Shown piece after piece: positions 1-8,369 of a stretch of 62,392 bases of DNA. Position 1 is the first letter of the stretch; every line of letters starts with the position of its first letter. The position numbers and the translations under genes were made by a program. The notes below the pieces were generated by a model. That model was not told the origin of the DNA. It worked only from the letters and a program-made list of their open reading frames with translations, and searched no databases. The stretch comes from a bacterium (lineage in GTDB: Bacteria; JAHJDO01): contig JAHJDO010000005.1 of assembly GCA_018812485.1 (NCBI GenBank), positions 1 through 62,392 of the forward strand, written 5' to 3'.

Positions 1-62
1 ATGATGATGGTCAAAGCTATTTGCATTGTCCCAATTGCGGCGAGATGATAGAGATAAAGTGA
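1..62 (+). CDS. 3' end of a gene cut by the window edge; C-terminal CxxC zinc-ribbon-like tail
   Basis: The frame starting at nt 3 reads DDGQSYLHCPNCGEMIEIK and stops at 60-62. The fragment is too short to assign a family. Confidence 0.3.
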   Translation, partial: DDGQSYLHCPNCGEMIEIK

Positions 63-131
63 TTATTCTTGTGGAAAACCGTAACGGTTCCCCGCTTGTG
101 AAAGCTTCCTGAGCAAAGCGAAGGATTTTTC

Positions 132-160
132 TTGACAATAAACATTAAGATAATTAGAAT
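132..160 (+). promoter_or_regulatory. sigma70-type promoter abutting the RAYT-like relic
   Basis: TTGACA at 132-137, a 17-nt spacer, and TAGAAT at 155-160. Only 6 nt separate the -10 box from the ATG at 167, and there is no Shine-Dalgarno. Confidence 0.5.
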
Positions 161-166
161 ATATTC

Positions 167-229
167 ATGCCTAGACAATCACGTATAGTAATGCCAGGTA
201 CAGCCCACCATATAACCCAGAGAGGAAAT
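167..229 (+). pseudogene. N-terminal relic of a REP-associated tyrosine transposase (RAYT / IS200-like Y1 transposase)
   Basis: MPRQSRIVMPGTAHHITQRGN matches the conserved RAYT N-terminus (PRxxRI..pG..HHxTxRGN) as I remember it. The similarity ends after 21 codons, before any HUH motif, and the ORF stops at 289. Confidence 0.45.
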
Positions 230-233
230 TGTC

Positions 234-332
234 ATGGTATTAGGTCCTCGACAAAGTGGAAAAACCACTTTATTAAATTGGCTCATTGAGAAATATTTGG
301 AACTTAAGGTGTCAAAAGATAATATCTTTTAT
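234..332 (+). pseudogene. Internal shard of an AAA_14/DUF4143-type P-loop ATPase
   Basis: VLGPRQSGKTTLLNWLIEKYL is a Walker A segment typical of that family. The usual ~40-aa N-terminal part and everything after ~30 aa are missing. The ORF 234-389 runs into the next gene's ATG. Confidence 0.4.
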
Positions 333-385
333 CCCTCAAAAAGAGGGGTAAAATATCCGCCACACACATGTAAGGAAGGTGAAAT

Positions 386-1642
386 ATGAAATCTATCTCT
401 AATGACTATAAAATTGTTCGTAAACATATTGAAAAAATAATGCCTCTTCTTGAAAAGCCGGCGACAAAGGTATTACTCTATCCATATCTATCTATCTCTC
501 ATAGTCAATATTATAAAGATATAATTTTTCTCTGGGACAACCATCATATGGCAATGCGGTTTGCCTGCTCAGGAAAACCGGAATATTTTAAGTATTTAAT
601 AGACAATGTATTACATTATCAAAGCAGTGACGGTTACGTACCTAATTGTATTCATAAAAATGATGGGCCTTCTTGTTTTAGTCCAAGATTTCATGCTCAG
701 CCATTCTTAATGCAAGGAGCACTAATGTATTTGTCTCAAACCAATGATTTACAATGGATAAAAGCGCAGTTTATCAAACTAAAAAAATACCTAAAATATT
801 ACGAAACTCATTACAGCGCTCCATATAATCTTTTCCGATGGCCTGTTTCCTGGATGGGCGGTATTGATAATGACGTGGTAACGACGTTCTTCCAGCCAGA
901 CACAATTATCCCGGTAGATATAAATGCATGGATATATCTGGAATATCGTGCTGCGGCTATTCTAGCAGGTAAACTAAATAAAAAGGAGAGTTATAATATT
1001 TTTCGTAAGAAAGCAAAAGAATTACGCACAAATATTAATAACGTTCTGTGGTATGACGAGGTTAAATCCTATTCAGCCTACAATCTGTGTACTGGTAAAC
1101 ACCAATTCCATTATAAGGATATTTCTGAATCAAGGGGCTATTATGCATTTCAGTCATGTTCAAATTTAATCCCATTATATGCCAGAATACCTGATGAAAA
1201 GAAAGCAAGATTGATGATTCAACAGTATGTCATAAATGAAGATCATTTCTTAAGTGCATACGGAATACGCAGTTTGTCAAAATCAAGTGAATATTATAAT
1301 AACGCTATTTGGGGTAATCCACCAAGATTCGGTGCACATCAAAGACTCACAAACTCAAACTGGCAGGGACCTGTCTGGATACCTCTTTCATATTTTATGT
1401 TTCATGCACTTCTACATTATGGATTTAAGAAAGAGGCAAAAAATCTTGCTGACCGGACACTATATCTGCTGGCTTCATCTATTAAGAAAATTGGTTCATT
1501 CACAGAAAATTATCATGCAGAAACAGGTGTCCCGCTGTATGCGTCAGGAATGGCATCATGGGATATCCTAGCAGATATAATGAATAAAGAGATGGATGAA
1601 AATAAGTGGATAATGAATCCTGTTTTTTTAAAGACAGTTTAG
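386..1642 (+). CDS. Six-hairpin glycoside hydrolase, GH63 / MGH1-like (mannosylglycerate or glucosylglycerate hydrolase-like)
   Basis: 418-aa ORF preceded by an AGGAAGGTG Shine-Dalgarno. Motifs GGIDNDV, YGIRSLS and WQGPVWIPLSYFMFHALLHYG resemble (alpha/alpha)6 GH63/GH37-clan enzymes. No signal peptide is present. Confidence 0.6.
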   Translation: MKSISNDYKIVRKHIEKIMPLLEKPATKVLLYPYLSISHSQYYKDIIFLWDNHHMAMRFACSGKPEYFKYLIDNVLHYQSSDGYVPNCIHKNDGPSCFSPRFHAQPFLMQGALMYLSQTNDLQWIKAQFIKLKKYLKYYETHYSAPYNLFRWPVSWMGGIDNDVVTTFFQPDTIIPVDINAWIYLEYRAAAILAGKLNKKESYNIFRKKAKELRTNINNVLWYDEVKSYSAYNLCTGKHQFHYKDISESRGYYAFQSCSNLIPLYARIPDEKKARLMIQQYVINEDHFLSAYGIRSLSKSSEYYNNAIWGNPPRFGAHQRLTNSNWQGPVWIPLSYFMFHALLHYGFKKEAKNLADRTLYLLASSIKKIGSFTENYHAETGVPLYASGMASWDILADIMNKEMDENKWIMNPVFLKTV

Positions 1643-1735
1643 CTATTGATGACTAGAAGAGAACTTAACCTAGTGGCTATCTTTGAAGGAACTGCAGAGG
1701 GTGTATTGGCAGCCTCGTCTTGAGACATGGATTAG

Positions 1736-1906
1736 GCACAACCTCATTCGCTCAAGGAGTTGTTGGAATTCACACGCAAGGTGATTGATATGTTTGCTCC
1801 GAAATTAATTCTTGGAATTTCTGATGAAATTTCCCAGATTGGTCAGATTGAAAAAGTAGAAGCCATTTCTGAACTTGTTGATGAGATTTGTGGTTTACCA
1901 GATTAA
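1736..1906 (+). pseudogene. C-terminal relic of a uroporphyrinogen-decarboxylase-like (UROD/MtaA family) gene
   Basis: 56 codons after an in-frame TAG read ...KLILGISDEISQIGQIEKVEAISELV... This has the same pattern as the C-terminus of the intact paralog at 17528 (YALGSGNSIPDYVPVENYLTMIRAA). There is no start codon and no N-terminal body. Confidence 0.4.
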
Positions 1907-1911
1907 ATTCT

Positions 1912-2885
1912 ATGATGACACCAAAAGAAAAATTCATTAAAGCATTAAATAGAGAGCCAATTACTGGGCAGGTTCCTCATTTTGAACTTGTTTTCTATCT
2001 GACAATGGAGGCATTTGGAAAGGTTCATCCGGAACACAGAAAATATAATCAATGGGACCAGATGTCTGAGGAAGAACGTGGGTTTCATCGTAGAGATATA
2101 GCGGATATTTATATTAAAACAGCTAAAAGATTCCAGCACAGCGCAATTTTACTTCATCCTAACCCGAGAACTGAAGAAGAAACACTCATATTAATTGATT
2201 TGGTAAGAGAGAAAACAGGTAACAAATATTTTTTAATGATACATGGTGATGCAACCTTTGCAATTCCTTCTGGAGACAAAATGGTTGAGTTTAGTTATAG
2301 ATTGAATGATGAATCTGAGAAATTAAAAGCCGAAGCAGAGAGAAAGGTTATAGACGCACTGGAAAAAGCAGAACGTATTCAGAAACATGGAGGGCTTGAT
2401 GGGTTTGCACTTTGTTCGGACTATTTTGCCTGAACACAGGCCCTTTTCTCAGTCCATCGCTATTTTCTGAGTTTGTTACACCTTACCTCTGTAAATTAAT
2501 ACAAGGTTATCGTGATCTGGGTTTCTACACAATTAAGCATACAGATGGAAACATTATGCCTATTTTAGATCAGCTCATTGAGGCTAATCCACATGCTCTT
2601 CATTCTTTAGACCCACAGGCTGGTGTAGATATTGCGGAAATAAAGCATAAAGTTGGAGATAAGGTTTGTCTTATTGGGAATGTTAATTGCGGACTTCTGG
2701 ATAGTGGTACAGACCAGGAATGTGTAGAATCAGTTCAATATACTCTTAAGAATGGAATGCCTGGCGGAGGATATATATTCTCTACCAGCAATTGTATATA
2801 TACTGGGATGAAGTTAAAAAGATATGAGTTAATGCTGGATGTCTGGCGTAAGGAAGGGAATTATTCTTCCTATAATTTAGTGTAA
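1912..2885 (+). pseudogene. UROD-like family gene interrupted by a 1-nt frameshift in a T4 run
   Basis: ORFs 1888-2433 and 2412-2885 are the two halves of one UROD-like protein (...FALCSDYF / CLNTGPFLSPSLFSEFVTPY...). Adding one T to the run at 2424-2427 restores the frame. The likely start is the ATG at 1912. Confidence 0.7.
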
Positions 2886-2918
2886 TCAGTATAATTATAA
2901 AAAATATTGGAGGAAAAA

Positions 2919-3746
2919 ATGAAAAAGTCGCTTTGTCACTACAGTTATCATAGAAATATTAAAGAAGAAGCATGGTCTCTTGAGAAATTTGTTTTGGAAA
3001 CTGAAAAACTAGGTATTGAAGGTATCGATTTCCATGTAGCATACTTGCCTGAATATAAAGAAGCTGTAAAACAGATAAACGCCCTCATGTCCAGGACAAC
3101 ACTTGAACTGTCAGGACTTTCCATGTCCAACAGTTTTAATAAGGATGAAGAAGAATTCGTGGAACAGGTAGAAAAGGTCAAGAGATGGCTTGATGTCGCA
3201 GGAGATGTAGGCGCTCCTGTCTCGAGAATTTTTGGGGGAGGGATACAATATGATAAATATATTAAAATTAATACAGAAGAATTGAAAAAAGAATTTGATA
3301 AGGTTATAAAGGGAATTGAACTGGTTCTTCCATCTGCCGAGAAAAATAATGTCGTATTGGCTCTGGAAAATCATGGCAGACTGCCAGGTACAGGAGAAGA
3401 GCAGGTAGAAATTATAGAAAAAATAAATTCGCCTTTTTTGAAAGCTACGATTGACGTTGGTAATTATATGCAGTGCGGTCAGTCTGGAGATGAAGGAACA
3501 AGGATTGCTGCCCCATATTGCAGGTATGTGCACTTTAAAGATTTCAAAAAGGACCCAACTCACAAAAGAGGACTCCGCCCAACTGTTGTCGGAGAGGGGG
3601 ACGTAGATCATGCTAAATGTCTTCAGCATCTCAAGAATGCAGGATTTGATGGATTTGTTGCTCTTGAATATGAAGGAGAGGAAGATGGGACAACAGGTGT
3701 TCCATCAAGTATAGAATTTATGAAATCTGTTATGAAAAATTATTAA
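2919..3746 (+). CDS. Sugar phosphate isomerase/epimerase (xylose isomerase-like TIM barrel)
   Basis: Family motifs ALENHG, VHFKDF and ALEYEGE. A GGAGG Shine-Dalgarno at 2909-2913 favours the ATG at 2919 over the TTG at 2907. Confidence 0.8.
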   Translation: MKKSLCHYSYHRNIKEEAWSLEKFVLETEKLGIEGIDFHVAYLPEYKEAVKQINALMSRTTLELSGLSMSNSFNKDEEEFVEQVEKVKRWLDVAGDVGAPVSRIFGGGIQYDKYIKINTEELKKEFDKVIKGIELVLPSAEKNNVVLALENHGRLPGTGEEQVEIIEKINSPFLKATIDVGNYMQCGQSGDEGTRIAAPYCRYVHFKDFKKDPTHKRGLRPTVVGEGDVDHAKCLQHLKNAGFDGFVALEYEGEEDGTTGVPSSIEFMKSVMKNY

Positions 3747-3756
3747 TAAAAAGGAT

Positions 3757-5895
3757 ATGACTAACAAAATGATGACTGAAAAAAGCTATGAATTTCGCAG
3801 ATATTTGGATGTTGTTCATTTGCCTGACAGAGCTAATTTTGATTTAAAGCCTGAAAAAGATGAACTAATTATTGAAGAAGGCTGGAGTATCGTCGTCAGC
3901 AGGAGGGCATCACAACTTGTTTTAAATGTGGCCAAGGACTTACAGGATTATCTGTTGGTTAGTATGAATGTATCTGTATTGCTGAGGAGAGTTAGCGATG
4001 TAGCATCCGCAGCAGATACAGGTAAGAAGATTATTGTTCTCGCTGCTAAAGAAGAATTACCCAAACTTGGAGACAAACTGTCTGTTCCGCGCAGCTACCG
4101 TATCATTTACTCTCAGGAGCGGGTGATAGTATGTGGGAACGATGAGCGCGGTGTAGGTCAAGGCAGTTATTATATTGAAGACTTAATGAATCTCCGAGAA
4201 GCACCGATTTTGCAGCACATGGATGTAATCCGAAAACCAGTTTTTTCACCACGAATGACTCATTCTGGCTGGGGTCTTGATAATTTTCCTGATAATTATC
4301 TAAATCTGGTTGCACATTCTGGTATGGATTCAATTCTTCTTTTTGTAAAAGGTGTTGATCAAACGCCTTTAGGATATCAGGACTTCAATAATCTTGTCGA
4401 CCGCGCAGCTCGTTTTGGACTGGATGTGTATTTTTATAGTTACTTAAAGAGTTTGAAACATCCGGATGAAGCTGATGCAGAATCTTACTATGAGAGTACA
4501 TACGGCGCGATTTTCAAGGCTTGTCCACGAGCCAAAGGTGTAATTCTCGTAGGAGAATCATGTGCATTTCCAAGCAAGGATCCGAATACCACACAAAGTC
4601 TCCTGCCTTCCACTGATGGTATCCCCTCAGCAAAACCAGACCCATGGATTTGGCCCTGCTGCGATTATGCTGAATGGCTCAACATGATAAAGAAGGTAGT
4701 ACGCAAACATAGTCCTGATGCTGAAATTGTTTTCTGGACATATAACTGGGGCTGGGCGCCTGAAAAAGAGAGGCTAAAGCTGATACGTTCTCTTCCAAAA
4801 GATATTACCCTGCTTGTTACTTTTGAAATGTTTGAGCAAATCAAGAGAGAGGGAATAACAAATGCCTGCATGGATTATACAATTTCATTTGAGGGTCCCG
4901 GCAAATATTTTACGAGTGAAGCTAAAGCTGCGCGCGAACGTGGTATTCAGCTTTATGCAATGAGCAATACCGGCGGTCTTACCTGGGATTACGGCGTGAT
5001 TCCTTATGAACCAGTGCCTTATCAGTGGGCACGCCGATATAATGGATTGCTTAGCGCTAATAAAGAATGGGGATTATTAGGATTGATGGAGTCGCATCAT
5101 TACGGCTGGTATCCCTCTTTTGTCAGTGAATTGGCAAAATGGGCGTTCTGGAGTCCGGGTTCGGATATTAAGCATATTTCAGAGGCAATAGCTCAACGGG
5201 ATTTTGGTATAAAAGCAGTTCCACAGGTGTTGAAGGCATGGAAGTATTGGAGTGAAGCAATCCAATACTATGTTGTTACTAATGAGGATCAATATGGGCC
5301 ATTCCGTATCGGTCCATCTTTCCCTCTGGTTTTTCAACAAGACGTAAAAATTCCCAGTAGTTGGCATGCGCACTTTGGTGGAAGTATTATTCGTACCAAT
5401 TATAAATCTTCTTATCGACCGTACAGAGAATGTATCCAATCCTATCGTCCAAGCCGTGTTGATGTAGAAATTAGAACTTTGCAGAAGATGGTAGCCTGTT
5501 GGCAAAAAGGCGTTGAATGTATGCAAAAAGCTGTAGATATAGTTCCAGAGAAAAAACGTTCTAACACTATAAGGCTTCTAAACCTGGGTACTTTTATACT
5601 TAATTCTACAATCACAGCTATACATGTAAAGAGTTGGTGGAAGCTGAATAATCTCCTGGCAACCGAAGCAAGCTCTAAGAAGGCGCATGCTATTTTGGAT
5701 AAGATGACAAAGATTGCTAAGAAAGAAATCGATAATGCAGAAGCTACTATCCCTCTTGTAGAAATGGATTCCCGTCTTGGATGGGAACCAAGCATGGAAT
5801 ATATGACTGATAAGGCACATCTGGAATGGAAAGTAAGACAAGTGCGAAATGTCATAGAAAATGGAATTCCCCAATATCGTAAATTACTCTGGTAA
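3757..5895 (+). CDS. Large hypothetical protein, possibly a glycoside-hydrolase-like enzyme
   Basis: 712-aa ORF with an AAGGA Shine-Dalgarno. Its N-terminal part (VAKDLQDYL..KKIIVLAAKEE..VCGNDERGV) resembles the GH20b/DUF4838-type N-domain from memory. There is no signal peptide, and I recognise no catalytic motif. Confidence 0.3.
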   Translation: MTNKMMTEKSYEFRRYLDVVHLPDRANFDLKPEKDELIIEEGWSIVVSRRASQLVLNVAKDLQDYLLVSMNVSVLLRRVSDVASAADTGKKIIVLAAKEELPKLGDKLSVPRSYRIIYSQERVIVCGNDERGVGQGSYYIEDLMNLREAPILQHMDVIRKPVFSPRMTHSGWGLDNFPDNYLNLVAHSGMDSILLFVKGVDQTPLGYQDFNNLVDRAARFGLDVYFYSYLKSLKHPDEADAESYYESTYGAIFKACPRAKGVILVGESCAFPSKDPNTTQSLLPSTDGIPSAKPDPWIWPCCDYAEWLNMIKKVVRKHSPDAEIVFWTYNWGWAPEKERLKLIRSLPKDITLLVTFEMFEQIKREGITNACMDYTISFEGPGKYFTSEAKAARERGIQLYAMSNTGGLTWDYGVIPYEPVPYQWARRYNGLLSANKEWGLLGLMESHHYGWYPSFVSELAKWAFWSPGSDIKHISEAIAQRDFGIKAVPQVLKAWKYWSEAIQYYVVTNEDQYGPFRIGPSFPLVFQQDVKIPSSWHAHFGGSIIRTNYKSSYRPYRECIQSYRPSRVDVEIRTLQKMVACWQKGVECMQKAVDIVPEKKRSNTIRLLNLGTFILNSTITAIHVKSWWKLNNLLATEASSKKAHAILDKMTKIAKKEIDNAEATIPLVEMDSRLGWEPSMEYMTDKAHLEWKVRQVRNVIENGIPQYRKLLW

Positions 5896-5921
5896 AAAAA
5901 TAGGAAGGAGTAATATAACTT

Positions 5922-6256
5922 ATGAAGAAAGATAAGACCAGACAGTGCGATGTAGTTTTCGGCATTGATATAGAGACTGATATTGGCTCTTTTACCACTA
6001 ATTATGAAGGAGTTAAGTATGGCCGGCTTTGTTGTCAATAATGAAAAAGCACGACATTAAAGCCACCTTTTTCTGGACCGCTCATGCCGCTGAGAATAAT
6101 CCCAGAATGTTAAAAAAGGTTCGTGATGCTGGGCATGAGATTGGATGCCATGGCCTTGTACATGAGACCATGGGCAATGAAATTTTTCCAATTCCCAATA
6201 ATTGGCCTGTATTTCCTTTTGAGGTTGAAGAACGAAGAGGCTACCATGATTGTTAA
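5922..6256 (+). pseudogene. Polysaccharide deacetylase (CE4, NodB-domain) relic, frameshifted and 3'-truncated
   Basis: The ATG at 5922 (Shine-Dalgarno AGGAAGGAG) opens VFGIDIETDIGS...YEGVKYG and stops at 6041. The sequence continues in another frame as KKHDIKATFFWTAH..GHEIGCHGLVHE (NodB motifs) and ends after about 110 residues in total. Confidence 0.65.
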
Positions 6257-6287
6257 AAGGGGGTCAAATCTTGACATTTGACCCTTT
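6255..6287 (-). terminator. Intrinsic, potentially bidirectional terminator at the end of the Bat operon
   Basis: Perfect 9-bp stem GGGTCAAAT (6261-6269) / ATTTGACCC (6276-6284) with a 6-nt loop. An A4 run lies on one side and TTT on the other. On the minus strand the hairpin is followed by CCUUUU. It covers the last codons of the 701-aa gene. Confidence 0.6.
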
Positions 6288-8369
6288 ACTTCTTGCGCTT
6301 ATAAATATTTTTTTGCGTTCAGCATAGGATGGAATAAATCTATTAGCTATAATTCCCTCAATAAGCAGCAGCAATATTAATAAAAAGAGTAAAGGATTTG
6401 AGAGTCTTACCCCTTCTCTTGTTCTTCTCATGCTTGGAATAATCTCATCGAATGTAGATATAAAGCTTAAATTCCCTTTTATATACCTATTAATCTCATC
6501 TCTGGCTATTTTTGATAGATCTGACTCCTTGGTATCAAGGTTAACAGCAAATAGAGTCTTGCCTTTATTAACCTGATAAATACCTGACGTTTTTGTGTCG
6601 GTATAACTGAATGTATCATTCTCAATGGATGTAGTCTGCCAGAGAGTACCATCCGGACTTATTACTGAAACTTTTTCCGTATCAGGAGGAATCTTAAGCC
6701 TGAGTGCTGAATTAACTAAATAACTTTGCGGCTGATTCGTCTCTCGTTCCAGTGAATATATAATCTGATGCAGAAACGGCAGGTATGCAGGATGAATAGG
6801 GAAGTCATTCCACGAAATATTAGGAGAACTTGTAAACAAGAAGATTCTTCCTTTACTCAACTGTTTTTCTAAAAACATAGGATAACCATTTGTGTACCAG
6901 GATAGCACCTTTGTCGATTGTTCCAGGGCAGGATCATATTGTACAGCATAAATCTTATAAAAATGGATATGGCTTAAATTGACATTTGTCCCTTCAAATA
7001 TATCGAATATCTTGTTTTTATAATGTACTTTTGCAAACGTAAAAAAATTAGAATGGTCATCTTCATCCCCCATAGACATAAGAAGTTTTGAAGGCAGTAA
7101 TTCACTCTCATAAAAGATACGGTTATAATCCGGAACATTAGTATTATTTCCCAGGAATATCAGCAGGTTTCCTCCTTTATGTACGTATGGTTTTAGTATG
7201 TCTGCAATACCCTGATCGTTGACCTTTACGTTGGCAAGTATAACAAGAGAATATTTGTCCAACTTTTCAGATAAGAAGCCCTCTCTGGTTATTTCATCTA
7301 TCTTTATGCTTGATAATGCCCCTTGGGATGGGCTCAAAGCAGATCTTAAATAAAAACACTCATCTAAATATGGAAAAATAGATTTATGCCCATTAACAAG
7401 AAGTAATGGAAATACGGGAGCTGCTTTAACAGTAAAAAAATATTTGTTATCTATGTTCAGCTTGTCATGGTCAATACTAATATAGCCGTGGTGCAATCCC
7501 GGCTTATCCATGTCCACTGAGAAATTCAGGATAATCTTTGAGTTGGCATCTATATATGCTGTCTGTTCCTGTTTTTTCACATTGTCAATATAGATATAAG
7601 TGTTTGTTTTTGTTGCATAGTTTGAGAAATTGTTTATCTCAGCATGCGCCTGTAGAGACATTCTCTCTACCTTAAGTTTTACATCTGTTATTGCAGTATT
7701 AGAAAAATCTTCCTTGCCTGTATTTACAAGATATAGATGCACATCGGAGCTAAGATTAATTGGAGATTTTATATTATCCCAGGAAACCTTTTGCAAATCT
7801 GTAATCAAGTATATCTCCTTATTAGGCCCTGCAGACTTAGCAAGAATTTTTATTGCTTCAGTTAAAGCCGTCCCAATGTCAGCATAATCATTTGATAATG
7901 AAATATCTGGCATAATATCCTCCAGACCACCTTGATATCCTCTGCCGTTCGTTAGAATAAGTGCAACTTCATCTGCTCTTTTAATAGATTTCGATATTTG
8001 TATAGCAGCATCCTTTGCCTTATCAAAAGGCGTATCCGTTCCTCTATAAGCCATGCTGTATGAATTATCAAGGATAATAACAGCGCTTACTGCTTTCCCT
8101 TTCCCGAAAAATGAAAATCCAGAGAATTTTACAACAGGTCCTGATATTGCAAGCGATATGAGTATAAGAATAAGGATTCTGAGCAATAATAATATGATTT
8201 GTCTGAGCTTTAATCTTGTCATTGTTCTAAGATGCGAGAGCTTTAAGAATCTTAAAGTGCTAAATTGAATGGTTTCAGTTTTGCGATTTGATACCAGGTG
8301 TATTACGATAGGAATAATCCCTGACAACATACCAAAGAGGAAAATCGGATTAAGAAAGAATATTGACAT
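6264..8369 (-). CDS. BatA-type membrane protein with a vWA domain
   Basis: N-terminal double-TM aerotolerance-regulator domain (FFLNPIFLFGMLSGIIPIVIHL). vWA MIDAS motif LDNSYSM. Long C-terminal region with a terminal TM helix. Its start codon directly abuts the upstream stop (TAAATG). Confidence 0.75.
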   Translation of the reverse strand: MSIFFLNPIFLFGMLSGIIPIVIHLVSNRKTETIQFSTLRFLKLSHLRTMTRLKLRQIILLLLRILILILISLAISGPVVKFSGFSFFGKGKAVSAVIILDNSYSMAYRGTDTPFDKAKDAAIQISKSIKRADEVALILTNGRGYQGGLEDIMPDISLSNDYADIGTALTEAIKILAKSAGPNKEIYLITDLQKVSWDNIKSPINLSSDVHLYLVNTGKEDFSNTAITDVKLKVERMSLQAHAEINNFSNYATKTNTYIYIDNVKKQEQTAYIDANSKIILNFSVDMDKPGLHHGYISIDHDKLNIDNKYFFTVKAAPVFPLLLVNGHKSIFPYLDECFYLRSALSPSQGALSSIKIDEITREGFLSEKLDKYSLVILANVKVNDQGIADILKPYVHKGGNLLIFLGNNTNVPDYNRIFYESELLPSKLLMSMGDEDDHSNFFTFAKVHYKNKIFDIFEGTNVNLSHIHFYKIYAVQYDPALEQSTKVLSWYTNGYPMFLEKQLSKGRIFLFTSSPNISWNDFPIHPAYLPFLHQIIYSLERETNQPQSYLVNSALRLKIPPDTEKVSVISPDGTLWQTTSIENDTFSYTDTKTSGIYQVNKGKTLFAVNLDTKESDLSKIARDEINRYIKGNLSFISTFDEIIPSMRRTREGVRLSNPLLFLLILLLLIEGIIANRFIPSYAERKKIFISARSKGSNVKI

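Noticed and set aside
1254-1571. Many track ORFs lie inside or antisense to larger genes. Examples are 1254-1571, 3111-3629, 5442-6038, 18634-19053, 21074-21532, 26052-26486, 40806-41303 and 42120-42692.
   Set aside because: Each is fully embedded in a longer ORF that has clear family motifs. None has a Shine-Dalgarno or a recognisable motif of its own. Their low-complexity composition is typical of shadow frames.
2419-2435. Programmed -1 ribosomal frameshift joining the two UROD-like halves.
   Set aside because: There is no canonical X XXY YYZ slippery heptamer and no obvious downstream stimulatory structure. A single-T indel in a homopolymer is the simpler explanation.
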